Source of the DNA: a virus
Length of the DNA stretch: 64,000 bases
Reading direction: 5' to 3' (one strand)
Virus record (IMG/VR): IMGVR_UViG_3300007734_000755
Coordinates: 50,838-114,837 of that record
Part shown: one piece after another, positions 45,984 to 55,346 of the stretch
How positions within the stretch are numbered: position 1 is the first letter of the stretch
Layout: each line of letters starts with the position of its first letter
Position numbers and translations under genes: made by a program
Notes under the pieces: model-generated
Databases searched by the model: none
What the model saw: the letters and a program-made list of their open reading frames with translations, nothing else
Told to the model about the DNA's origin: nothing

Positions 45984-47768
45984 TTAGCCGATTAGGTCTT
46001 GTACAACTACTAGGCCGAAAAAGTCTGGGCGTACCATTTTCTTCGCGTATCTTGTCATTAGACCCTTTCTTGGAACGAAATCTTCAGTTCCAAAGATGGT
46101 TGGGGTGATCATCAGCGGGACGTATGGAGCGTAGACATAGCCACTCTCTAGGAACGCCTTGCCTCTACGACCAACTAGGATTAGATTTCTTGGGAAGTAT
46201 GGATCAACATACACATCCCATTTCTTGCTAATCGAGCCAGCCTTAACCGCACCAATTGAACCACCCTTGACGTCTTCCATCGAGATATCAGCTCTGAAGC
46301 CAGAGGTGAATTCTAGAATGTTCGCAACTTCTGGAGAGGTTACGAGGAAGTTTGCACCACCACGAAGAGTCTTTCTGTGAATCTGAGCAGACACATCGTT
46401 GATTGTCTCAACAAGGGTCTCGTACCACATGCTAACATTTCCGGTGAAGTCAGGAGGGGCACCAACAGAGGTTACGGCAGCGCCGGTGTCTCTATTGAGG
46501 AACTTACCTGGTCTACGGCTCCAGTATTTAGTTGCTGCTGTCGCACCCTTGACTAGATCGTTGAGGATTTCCTGATCGATTTCTAGAGCAACATGCTCAG
46601 AAAGGATACTGGTTAGCTCAACTTCTGCATCGAGGTTGTGATAGGCATTTAGGTCCTGGCCGAGTTCCGGTGACCACTTAGCCTTGAGCTTCTTGGTTTG
46701 TGCCGTAACTGCAATGCTGTCAACCTTGATGTCCAATTCTGGAATTGAGGCATTACCATCAGAGTTAATGAGGTTGCCCTGTGAACCACCAGCCGCTCCT
46801 TCGTCAAACAGAGTTGTAGCGACTACTGATCCAAGCGCCCCACCGTTCGCCCAAACATCTCTAATGATCCACGAAGCTTTATCGGCAGGGACCTTTACGG
46901 TTCCCGCTGCGGAGCCAAGATCATCATTCGCCGTTTTAGACAAGACAACGATATATTTCGTAGAGTCCGCTGGATCAATCTGTGTTAGTCTTCTAACTGT
47001 TGAGACAGTTTTGGTTGTGAGAACAGTCCCAGAGACCTGGATAACATTCAGTCCAATAAGATTGTTTGTATCAAAGTTCGTGAAATCGGCAGCAGTAAAT
47101 GTCATAGCTGCGTAATAGTTTGTACTATCGCTTAGTACATCAAGATCGTACTTTATGACTGCTAGAGCGCCTTCCTCTGTCAGTTCAGTTCCTTTCTTTT
47201 GGCCATCAAGTTGAGTTATGGTGAACCCCTTAAAAGAAGTTACTTCTGTAATAGCAGTGCTGACTGCCGTTGAAGAAGCGGAAGGACTAGAAAACCCATT
47301 GTTTAGGGCGTAAAAGCTATTTTCCGCGTTAATTCCAGTTAGGCTTACACCACCAGTAATCTCGTGGGCTACCTTACCACCACCATAGATAGATGAGCCA
47401 GCGACAGCGTTTCCGACTGTTGAGCTCCCATTATAGGTAAAGTCCATGAAGAAGATAAGGCCAGATGGAAGGCTCATTGGTTGAACTGCAACCAACTCAT
47501 TTGCAATGAGTCCACCAAACACTCTTCTAACAATTGGGAATGCTACAGCGGCAAAGCCCTCAACGTCACCAGCGGACATTGTGGAAGCCTCACGCAATAG
47601 TTCCTTTGCCTGATTCTCTAGAAGACGAGCCATTGTCGTCTTATTTTGTTCTCTATCGATTCCTTCAAGTAGACCTGTCTTTTCCCATTTCTTTGAGAGA
47701 GCAGCGCCTTCACGAAGGAGATTTCTTTCTACAATATTTTCTGTTAATCTTTCAACTATACTTGCCAT
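45984..47768 (-). CDS. major capsid protein (T4 gp23-like)
   Basis: A.LLENQ, VQPMSLPSGLIF, KLKAKWSPEL.QDL.A.H.LDAE.EL, YAPYVPL, GLMTRYA. Confidence 0.97.
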   Translation of the reverse strand: MASIVERLTENIVERNLLREGAALSKKWEKTGLLEGIDREQNKTTMARLLENQAKELLREASTMSAGDVEGFAAVAFPIVRRVFGGLIANELVAVQPMSLPSGLIFFMDFTYNGSSTVGNAVAGSSIYGGGKVAHEITGGVSLTGINAENSFYALNNGFSSPSASSTAVSTAITEVTSFKGFTITQLDGQKKGTELTEEGALAVIKYDLDVLSDSTNYYAAMTFTAADFTNFDTNNLIGLNVIQVSGTVLTTKTVSTVRRLTQIDPADSTKYIVVLSKTANDDLGSAAGTVKVPADKASWIIRDVWANGGALGSVVATTLFDEGAAGGSQGNLINSDGNASIPELDIKVDSIAVTAQTKKLKAKWSPELGQDLNAYHNLDAEVELTSILSEHVALEIDQEILNDLVKGATAATKYWSRRPGKFLNRDTGAAVTSVGAPPDFTGNVSMWYETLVETINDVSAQIHRKTLRGGANFLVTSPEVANILEFTSGFRADISMEDVKGGSIGAVKAGSISKKWDVYVDPYFPRNLILVGRRGKAFLESGYVYAPYVPLMITPTIFGTEDFVPRKGLMTRYAKKMVRPDFFGLVVVQDLIG

Positions 47769-47806
47769 AATGTTTTATCTCCTTTGATAAAAGTTAAATG
47801 GAATAT

Positions 47807-49534
47807 TTAAATTCCCGCTAATCGTTTCATACGTTCAGCAAAATCATCCTTCGGTTTGTCTTCCGCTCGGGAAGCTCTTAGAAGGATTGAAGAAGAACGT
47901 CTTTCAACTGCCTCGCTCAATGATTTGGGTCCACTGTTACTTGTTGCGTCCCGCATTGTGCTCTGTAATGTCTCGTAAAGCAATTTTACTTCTTCTGTCG
48001 TCTTAGCACCATTGATGGACTCTACAATCTTGTTTTTCTGTCGCTCATTTAGGGAGCCGTCCATTAATGCCTTATTTATATATAGTAATCTATGATTCAA
48101 AAACCTCGATTCGTTAACATTTTTTTCATATCTAGAAATCTTCGTTAATAATCTTTGATTTTCCTTGGTTACATTTTCTATGAGAGCAATTGACTCTCCG
48201 AGTCCAGCCTTGAGTTTCTTGTTTGTTTCCTCAAGAGTTTCAACTTCCTGTTCCATTTCCTGGATTTCTGCCTGTAGATTCGCAAGTTCTACGTCGTGTT
48301 CTGCTTCCTCTGGGTTTACACCAGTCCACTTAGAACGAGGTCCAGATCTCTTCCAATCAAGCTTAATGGTTTCATCAATCTTGTCCTTGGAAGCAGCTGG
48401 GGCCTTCTTATCGGCGGAGGGCTTCTTTGTCTTGTTGTCTAGTTCCTTCACCATATCAATAATATACTTAAGTTCAGCTCCAAGTCCAGGATGTTTCTTC
48501 TCAACCTTGCCCTGCATGTTTATTAATTTCTGCATAACAACCGCAAGAGACTGTTTCTTGGCAGCTTCGTTGAGTTCATCCTCTTGTAGGATATCATCGT
48601 CGTCAAAATCTTCCTCGTCATCATCTATATCATCAAAATCATCGTCCGAATCAAAGTCATCATCCTCAACGCTGGTCTCATCTCCCAGGTCGGTGCCGTC
48701 CTTGACTGGTTCTGAATCGAAGTCTATTTCAAAATTTTCTTCGCCTTCTGAGTCTTCTTCCTCACCAAAATCGTCGTCCATGCCGTCGTCCAACTCTTCA
48801 TCAGAGTCGAAATCGTCGTCTAGGTCTTCCTCTTCCTCGTCAACTCCAACAACTTTGTCTCCTCTATATTCATCTAGCCCCTCAATAGAATCGTCATCGT
48901 CGTCATACCCCTCAAGGTCCGGGCACGCACAACTTTCAACATCATTGCCACACTCCTCGCAGAACTCGTCCTCTCCAGCAAGATCCGTATCTTCCTTGCC
49001 GTATGGAAAATCATCGCTACCAATCTCTTCCCATTCATCATCGTCTGATGCCCGGTTGTTTTCCTTAAGTCTTGGTCTCTTCATTAATTGTCTCAACTCC
49101 TGAAGCGCCATCTGATCAACAGATTCCTTCTTGTTGTTTTCAAATCCAAACTCCGAGAGAGAATCTAGGTCTATTTCCACAACTCCAGTTGGATATGCCT
49201 TATCATCAATAATTTCTCCGTCCTTAAAGGCATATTGTAGTTTCCCGAATAAATCCGACTTTGCATCCGAATCATCCTTGGCCTTCTCTGGATCTACAGG
49301 CTGCGCAGATGCAGTAGCGCCAGTTGCAGCCATTGGCATGGCCGGAGGCATCGCAGGAGCTGATGGATCTACAGGAGGAGCTGTTGGCGGTACTTCCGTT
49401 TGTTCTAGGAGTCTTTCTATTTCTCCCTCAAACTCCGCTGAATATTTCTCAACAATAGCTTGCTGAGCATTTCTTACAGCAGCTTCCTTCAGTTCCTTAG
49501 CGTCTAATATCGCCTGTTCTAACAATGAACTCAT
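47807..49534 (-). CDS. prohead core scaffold (gp22-like) with long acidic insert
   Basis: Coiled coils, many LxE sites, C-terminal RMKRLAGI; directly upstream of the capsid gene. Confidence 0.8.
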   Translation of the reverse strand: MSSLLEQAILDAKELKEAAVRNAQQAIVEKYSAEFEGEIERLLEQTEVPPTAPPVDPSAPAMPPAMPMAATGATASAQPVDPEKAKDDSDAKSDLFGKLQYAFKDGEIIDDKAYPTGVVEIDLDSLSEFGFENNKKESVDQMALQELRQLMKRPRLKENNRASDDDEWEEIGSDDFPYGKEDTDLAGEDEFCEECGNDVESCACPDLEGYDDDDDSIEGLDEYRGDKVVGVDEEEEDLDDDFDSDEELDDGMDDDFGEEEDSEGEENFEIDFDSEPVKDGTDLGDETSVEDDDFDSDDDFDDIDDDEEDFDDDDILQEDELNEAAKKQSLAVVMQKLINMQGKVEKKHPGLGAELKYIIDMVKELDNKTKKPSADKKAPAASKDKIDETIKLDWKRSGPRSKWTGVNPEEAEHDVELANLQAEIQEMEQEVETLEETNKKLKAGLGESIALIENVTKENQRLLTKISRYEKNVNESRFLNHRLLYINKALMDGSLNERQKNKIVESINGAKTTEEVKLLYETLQSTMRDATSNSGPKSLSEAVERRSSSILLRASRAEDKPKDDFAERMKRLAGI

Positions 49535-49555
49535 ATTTTTATCTCCGTTTAATAA

Positions 49556-49978
49556 TTATCCAACCCCAGATGATCCTGACCAGTTATTCCCAGTCGCAGA
49601 ACCCAACGGAGGCACCCCTCTTGGAATTGGAGTAAGCCCTGCAATTATAGAGGCAGAACTCTGGGCAGACGTGTCTGAAATTAGGTATAGGTCCTCTATC
49701 CTCCAATCTCCGGTATATGATGACCCTGATGAAACAACAAAATAGTTTGATGCAGAGCCAGAAACCCCCTTCGCACTGAACCCTACTCGGAATGGTACAG
49801 ATGATCCCACGTTTGCAATCGTTACAAACTTAGCAACATATGGGAATTGTATACACAGTGGAGTGGCAGATCCCGATGGGACTGTTATGGAAGCAGAGGC
49901 ATACGGAATTCCGCTCATTTGATATGAGCCTACCGACCCCAGGCCAGCATTGGGCCACTGCATTGTCTCGTTCGCCAT
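49556..49978 (-). CDS. putative virion protein
   Basis: Ser/Gly-rich; CTAATTA at 50000-50006. Confidence 0.55.
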   Translation of the reverse strand: MANETMQWPNAGLGSVGSYQMSGIPYASASITVPSGSATPLCIQFPYVAKFVTIANVGSSVPFRVGFSAKGVSGSASNYFVVSSGSSYTGDWRIEDLYLISDTSAQSSASIIAGLTPIPRGVPPLGSATGNNWSGSSGVG

Positions 49979-49998
49979 GTTCTATCTCCTGATCTCTA

Positions 49999-50265
49999 TT
50001 AATTAGATCGTGATTTCTTGTTTTTCTGTCTTTCTGTCGTATTATCTATCGACTCTCTTTCGGCTCTTAATTTTTGAAGAACTTTCTTCCGTCTGTGTCT
50101 TGCCTTAACCTTCTTTACCGAGGGTGGCTCGTAGAACTCTCTGTTCTTAACCTCCTCAACGATTCTTTCTTTCTTAACCTTGTTAAGAAATCTCTTAATA
50201 AGCTTCTCTGGATGTTCCCACTGCTTCGCCCTAACTTCTACGTTAAAATTTTTATTTGCCATCAC
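49999..50265 (-). CDS. rpsU: phage-encoded 30S ribosomal protein bS21
   Basis: V.V...E..EKLIKRF..KVKK..I..E...REFYEPPSVKK. Confidence 0.88.
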   Translation of the reverse strand: MMANKNFNVEVRAKQWEHPEKLIKRFLNKVKKERIVEEVKNREFYEPPSVKKVKARHRRKKVLQKLRAERESIDNTTERQKNKKSRSN

Positions 50266-50272
50266 TTCCTCT

Positions 50273-50638
50273 TTAAAACTTTTTCATTCCAGGAATCCTG
50301 GAAAGTATTGATAAATCTATACCCGGGTCGCCTTCCTCTTCCGAGGAAGCGTTAGATACGTCTGATATTGGAGTAATATTCTCAAAAATATTTGAATAAG
50401 CTCCATTGCCGATCGCATCCGCAAGCATCTTTCTCTTGTCGCTTATCGGAGTTGTCTTTTGTCTTGATTGAGACAAGACTCTATTTGTTGGCTGTCTATT
50501 CTCTGATACAACAGCCTTTTGTTGTCCTCTTAGAACTTCCCCAATTAGATTAGAAAGAAGTCCCTCCTCTAGGAGCATTTCGCTAAGACACTCCTTCACA
50601 ATTGGCTTCATTAGTTTCTTCATTTCTATCTTTGTCAT
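50273..50638 (-). CDS. hypothetical head-module protein
   Basis: MKKLMKPIVKECLSEMLLEE leader. Confidence 0.6.
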   Translation of the reverse strand: MTKIEMKKLMKPIVKECLSEMLLEEGLLSNLIGEVLRGQQKAVVSENRQPTNRVLSQSRQKTTPISDKRKMLADAIGNGAYSNIFENITPISDVSNASSEEEGDPGIDLSILSRIPGMKKF

Positions 50639-51234
50639 TAATCGCTCTCTAATAGAATATCATTCAATGCCCGATAAATTTTGTCAGCCTTTGTAAAAAT
50701 GTTTGGATCCTTATGTTCCTTAAAGAGGAAGGCTCCCGTTGTTGACGGCTCTGATACAAGATCAAAACAAATTAGTTGGAAGTCGTCTTGAACTACGGTT
50801 TCTCCACCCTGCTCCTTGGTGGAACCAAGACCTCGTGATGAAACTCCCAATTTAACTCCACCCCTAATAAGATCCTTTGCAATCTTTCCAGAGGGAGTAT
50901 CCAAGATTCTTAACTTTCCAATAACCTCATCGTTTTTCATTTCAATGAAGGAAACTAGATGAGAAGCGTTTTTTAACTCAATAACGCTAGAATCTGGGTG
51001 GTCCAGTTCTCCCAATGCTCTTTTCTCGGAAACAAGCTTTCTATAATTTTCTACTTCTCGTTGTAGGATCTTCTTGGGATATATTCTACCATTACCGTTC
51101 TTTGTATCGGCCTTCTGGAGCCTTCCGGCAAGGATAAGTTCCTGTCCAGAGGCATTCAGAGATCTTTCCTCCTCTGTTAATAGAGTTGAATCGTTTTCTA
51201 ATTCTAGGAATTCTGTTAGGATATATTTATTCAT
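50638..51234 (-). CDS. prohead protease (T4 gp21-like)
   Basis: NGNGRIYP, GELDHP, SH, TPSG, GVSSRG.GS, DLVSEPS. Confidence 0.95.
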   Translation of the reverse strand: MNKYILTEFLELENDSTLLTEEERSLNASGQELILAGRLQKADTKNGNGRIYPKKILQREVENYRKLVSEKRALGELDHPDSSVIELKNASHLVSFIEMKNDEVIGKLRILDTPSGKIAKDLIRGGVKLGVSSRGLGSTKEQGGETVVQDDFQLICFDLVSEPSTTGAFLFKEHKDPNIFTKADKIYRALNDILLESD

Positions 51235-51440
51235 TATTTTATCCCGCGAAGTAATCCAGTTAATCTAACCGCAGCTTCCTTTGTAGAAGCGAGTTGCCTT
51301 ATTCTTGAAACCTCAGCATCGAAGGACACCATGGCCGGATCATTTGTCAGGGGAGTGTCCTCGTTTAACTTCTTAAACCGTACAACCTCCTCCTCTATAA
51401 TTTGATTTAATCTTTCATATGAGATTTTCATAGTCAGCAT
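51234..51440 (-). CDS. small head-module protein
   Basis: KISYERLNQIIEEEV...LNE leader. Confidence 0.6.
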   Translation of the reverse strand: MLTMKISYERLNQIIEEEVVRFKKLNEDTPLTNDPAMVSFDAEVSRIRQLASTKEAAVRLTGLLRGIK

Positions 51441-51446
51441 CCCTTT

Positions 51447-51800
51447 CTACAATTTGTTGGCGGTCTCTTCATCCACTTTGTCGTCCAAAGATTGTGACCC
51501 TGATTTGATCTTAAAATTAAAGCCATCATCATCCACTCCCATACTTAACATATAACTAGTTCCAGAACTTAGACATCCAAGAAGGATACAATTAATAAAG
51601 GATCGCTCAAAACTAAATAGTTCTGTATATGGAGAAACTCCACAAAGAACTACTCCTACCCAAAACCCAATACACATTGGACAACGAAAGAATTTTCCCA
51701 ACAAACCTCTATCTGGCCTTATAGGATCAAATATCGATCCATAGCAAAGAATTGAAGTTAATCCATAGGATATTAAAATAAAATAAATTAGTTGAAGAAT
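51447..51800 (-). CDS. membrane protein with CxxC (DUF1360-like), probable ATT start
   Basis: Frame stays open upstream of TTG 51704 through a hydrophobic helix (LQLIYFILISYGLTSIL) to ATT 51798-51800, preceded by GAGGT. Confidence 0.55.
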   Translation of the reverse strand: MLQLIYFILISYGLTSILCYGSIFDPIRPDRGLLGKFFRCPMCIGFWVGVVLCGVSPYTELFSFERSFINCILLGCLSSGTSYMLSMGVDDDGFNFKIKSGSQSLDDKVDEETANKL

Positions 51801-51838
51801 TTGAACCTCGACTCCAACAGTTTATCAGAAGAAATAAA

Positions 51839-52303
51839 TTATTTAATGAATTTTAGCTCGGCATATACAGAAAGGTTAACCAGGAAAGAACTTGCGTTGG
51901 AGTTGTTAACAACAATCCCACAACTTCCATTTACCAAATAAACAGTTGAGGTAAGAGGGTCAATTTCTTGTCCAGCTAAAATTGGATACTGCACAGCTCC
52001 CGCTGTCGCCCTAATGATTGATCCTCCCGTCTTTTTCCAATAGCCAGAGAAACTCATTATTCCATAAGCTCCACCACTTTCCATAAGGACGTGTCCTGAA
52101 ACGTTCCATATGTCTCCGTTAGCGAATAATGATGAATCAAAAAGGGGAATTGTCCCACTTCCGCCAAGATTAGCAGCGGAATATGTTCCAGTTGGAACCT
52201 CAACTGTTGTTGGAACTGCCGCCGCTACTGCGGCAACCGATGCTACTAGTGCTGTGTCATCGTAAGAGGCTCCAGAAGTTGGTACGTATGTAAATCCTGA
52301 CAT
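51839..52303 (-). CDS. putative virion protein
   Basis: AGGAG SD; CTACTTA at 52322-52328. Confidence 0.55.
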   Translation of the reverse strand: MSGFTYVPTSGASYDDTALVASVAAVAAAVPTTVEVPTGTYSAANLGGSGTIPLFDSSLFANGDIWNVSGHVLMESGGAYGIMSFSGYWKKTGGSIIRATAGAVQYPILAGQEIDPLTSTVYLVNGSCGIVVNNSNASSFLVNLSVYAELKFIK

Positions 52304-52346
52304 TATTTGTTTCTCCTATATTAAGTAGATATGTCAAACATTAAAA

Positions 52347-53537
52347 TTAATATCTTTCATACCACTGAAGAGCTCCATCTGTATCCACGTTTGCTGTTGA
52401 TTGTGCAGTTAATATAACACTCTCTCCAGGCAAGATTTCAAAAACCCAGGGAGAAAGATCCTCATCAATACGATCGTTCTTCATCAACGTTGCTGCCCAT
52501 CTCTCTGTTCCACCAGTATAGGTGATTCCAACAGTTGTTGACACACTAACTGGCGATTGATTTGTTAATATATCTGTATAACTGGGATTTGTTCCTCCCA
52601 GCGTTGGGTTTCTTACAAGCTTAAAGTTGGTAACCTTTGTCCCATCAGTTGTTAAATTAAGGTTGGATAGATCAATGTTCATGCGGTTTGTTACACCATT
52701 AAGAGAGCCGCTGTTTCTAAGAACAATCAACACCGTTTCCGCTTGAACAGTGTTTCGGGAGAATAGGGTGTGTCTTGAAACGGTTAGCGGATCATGAAAA
52801 ATAGGTACATATCCCTGTGGATTTTCTACAAATCCCATTGCTGAGGGGGTATACATAACGTAATTTCCGGTAGCAAATGTATTATAGTTGTGCGCCTTTA
52901 TAGGAAGATTAGGATTCAACATTGAACAGGATACTGCGGTGTTTCCATATTTTATGCGATGAACAGGGGTAAACCTTCCAGTGGCCGGATCTTCTATATC
53001 GAACTTTATTTCTCCAAACCCAAGCCATTGATATCCAATTTGATAAACATTCCCCTTACTGATATCCAGCCAAGGACAGGTGTTTTCGGACCACGAAGAT
53101 TGCGAATAAAATGTATCAACGCTGTTGACCCTGTGTATTACTCCAAAACTTGAACCAGAGGTTCCAAAGAACAGTCCGTCAACAGCATTACCAAGACCAA
53201 TAATTCTAAAATTTCCGTTTGCCGGAGCCGTCTCCCAAATACATGATGTTCTTATCACTCCACCAATACCGGGAACATATCTAACGGCCTTCTTGGTTAT
53301 AATTTTTGCTTCGGAGGATGATCCAGTTATTGTACTTAATTTTACTCGCGAGGATGATAAAGTTGTCGTTCCGCTTCCGACAGAACTTGTTGTAACCATT
53401 TCATCAATAATATTATATGCAAATGTCCAACCAGCTACAGGGCACAGGCTTGTTGTTCTTGCCTCACCAAATGCGGATATTTCTTTTGGATCTGTAAGAG
53501 AGATCACCTTGAACGGACCTGTTGCTGAGTGTGCCAT
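52347..53537 (-). CDS. putative virion / fibre-associated protein
   Basis: Beta-rich; SAFGE, RY.PG.G, YQWLGFG motifs. Confidence 0.55.
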   Translation of the reverse strand: MAHSATGPFKVISLTDPKEISAFGEARTTSLCPVAGWTFAYNIIDEMVTTSSVGSGTTTLSSSRVKLSTITGSSSEAKIITKKAVRYVPGIGGVIRTSCIWETAPANGNFRIIGLGNAVDGLFFGTSGSSFGVIHRVNSVDTFYSQSSWSENTCPWLDISKGNVYQIGYQWLGFGEIKFDIEDPATGRFTPVHRIKYGNTAVSCSMLNPNLPIKAHNYNTFATGNYVMYTPSAMGFVENPQGYVPIFHDPLTVSRHTLFSRNTVQAETVLIVLRNSGSLNGVTNRMNIDLSNLNLTTDGTKVTNFKLVRNPTLGGTNPSYTDILTNQSPVSVSTTVGITYTGGTERWAATLMKNDRIDEDLSPWVFEILPGESVILTAQSTANVDTDGALQWYERY

Positions 53538-53860
53538 TATGAAATCTCCTCGCCAAATGCATTGAAACTTAGCGTTCCCAACGTTGCGTAAACTCTTATG
53601 ACATCAGTTGTGGCAAGAGTTATTCCCAATGTTGCCGCAAATGTTGTATTGCCTTCAATGGGTACGTCATAGTAAAGATATTGATTTGTTGCTAGCACAG
53701 CACCGGCTACCGCTATAGAGATTCTAAACGAAGTAGGTGTAGCAGATTGGTTACAAACAGTTATTGTCGAGACAACTGTTGATGTCAAAGCTGGAACTGT
53801 GTAAAACAGCGTTGAGGTTGCTGCTCCAGGAATAGATTGTCCTAATACTTTTAAACCCAT
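53537..53860 (-). CDS. small virion protein
   Basis: KVLGQ..P.A...LFYTVP...FGEEI. Confidence 0.55.
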   Translation of the reverse strand: MGLKVLGQSIPGAATSTLFYTVPALTSTVVSTITVCNQSATPTSFRISIAVAGAVLATNQYLYYDVPIEGNTTFAATLGITLATTDVIRVYATLGTLSFNAFGEEIS

Positions 53861-53862
53861 TG

Positions 53863-55344
53863 TTATGCTCCCATCATCATAAATATTCTTGCGTAACTCT
53901 TTTGTGCAGAACCAGTTGGCTCTGTTGTTGTTAATCTTCCAGCGGTTGTTGCGTATACTGGGTTCCCCGCTGTTAACGCTGGAATGCGAACAGTACCGTC
54001 AGAGCGCAAATCCATCACAGTAACATCAGCAAGTTCTGTAAAAGTCGCTGTAGACTTTAGATTGAATTCAAGTTTTGTTGCAGGATTGTAACCGTTTGGA
54101 GCCCCTCCAGCTTGATATGCTGAAACTGCCAAATCTACAACGCCAGGATAATAGTTTGCTGTATCAGTATTTCGAACCAAACGAGCAAGAACTTCTGCTG
54201 TTTGTGACTGAATAGACGAACCATGAACAGCTAATCGTGAATCTGTTCCGCCAACGTGGTATGTTGCATTACGATCCCCAATTTGAACAAGAGCCTTAGC
54301 TTCCCAGCCTGCACCCGACACCCAACCAGATGAACCAACAGCTAATGTGCCACCACGTCCAAGAATCATTCTGGGTGTTGATGTTGTGCCAAAAACTATT
54401 GGATGTGAGTAACCCGTCCGAAAATAGAGACATGCAAGCAGTGGATTATTTAGGAAAACTCCAGATCCATCAGCAAAGAACTGCCCAAGCATCGTTGGAA
54501 CAGCTGAGTTATTCTTGCCTTGCATACGAAATGATGCAAAACTATAATCTGCAAGTGCTGTTGATACGTAATCATTCTGCACATTGATCGTTGGTAGTAA
54601 AGGATCTGTTCCGACTGATGACGAGTAGGTTACATCGACATCATAAACTGGTGCGATATTAGTGCCAACACCGAACTTACCTGTTGTATTATTCCATGCA
54701 GCTTTTGTGCTTCCAAGTAAAGTTCTCCATCCAGGTAATAATGATGCAGAAGTCCAAGTGCTAACGCCCGTCGAATAAAGCATTTGATTTGCAGCTGTTG
54801 CAATAGATTTGGGTATTGCGGCAGAAGCTGTAGCAGATACATTGCTAATCATGATCGCCATTGATGAACTAAGATTTGCTAGTGCTGTTGCAGCTGAAGA
54901 GCTCAACGAAACAATGCTCGAACTCAGCGAGGCTAACGAGGCAGTAAGACCAGTCACTTGCGTATCGGAAATTTGTATAAGTGTTGAGGTTAGGGTAGAT
55001 ACTCTACCCTTTGAATCCACAGTAATAATGGCTGACCTGGTTGCGCTACCCAATGGCCCTGCTGCTCCACCACCATAATTTATTAATATAGGATTAGGGT
55101 AGGAGCCTGTGAGATCACCGCTTGTGGGGTCTGGTAGACTGCTAGAAACACTGGCAGTTGTAAGGGCAGTAACCCTTCCCTTTGCATCAATAGTTATAAC
55201 CGGAATTCTGTATGAATCTCCAATTGGGCCGGTCGCCAACCCAATCGTTCTAAGTTCTGGGCAGGGATATGAGCCCGTAAGATCACCACACGCGCTTCCG
55301 GTAGGCGGTCTACCTCTGGCTGTCGCACATGGTATACCCGCCAT
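53863..55344 (-). CDS. fibre protein
   Basis: Duplicated GDLTGSYP.P and IT(I/V)D(A/S)KGRV fibre repeats; G.VG.GT..P repeats. Confidence 0.7.
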   Translation of the reverse strand: MAGIPCATARGRPPTGSACGDLTGSYPCPELRTIGLATGPIGDSYRIPVITIDAKGRVTALTTASVSSSLPDPTSGDLTGSYPNPILINYGGGAAGPLGSATRSAIITVDSKGRVSTLTSTLIQISDTQVTGLTASLASLSSSIVSLSSSAATALANLSSSMAIMISNVSATASAAIPKSIATAANQMLYSTGVSTWTSASLLPGWRTLLGSTKAAWNNTTGKFGVGTNIAPVYDVDVTYSSSVGTDPLLPTINVQNDYVSTALADYSFASFRMQGKNNSAVPTMLGQFFADGSGVFLNNPLLACLYFRTGYSHPIVFGTTSTPRMILGRGGTLAVGSSGWVSGAGWEAKALVQIGDRNATYHVGGTDSRLAVHGSSIQSQTAEVLARLVRNTDTANYYPGVVDLAVSAYQAGGAPNGYNPATKLEFNLKSTATFTELADVTVMDLRSDGTVRIPALTAGNPVYATTAGRLTTTEPTGSAQKSYARIFMMMGA

Positions 55345-55346
55345 AA

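Noticed and set aside
48165-49466. Long plus-strand ORFs (312 aa Ser-rich and similar ones throughout)
   Set aside because: Antisense shadows of minus-strand genes, here of GAT/GAA-rich acidic codons; no SD or motifs
51436-51490. Alternate-frame peptide WTTKWMKRPPTNCRKGC overlapping the membrane gene end
   Set aside because: No supported start or slippery site; cannot be told from chance without homologues
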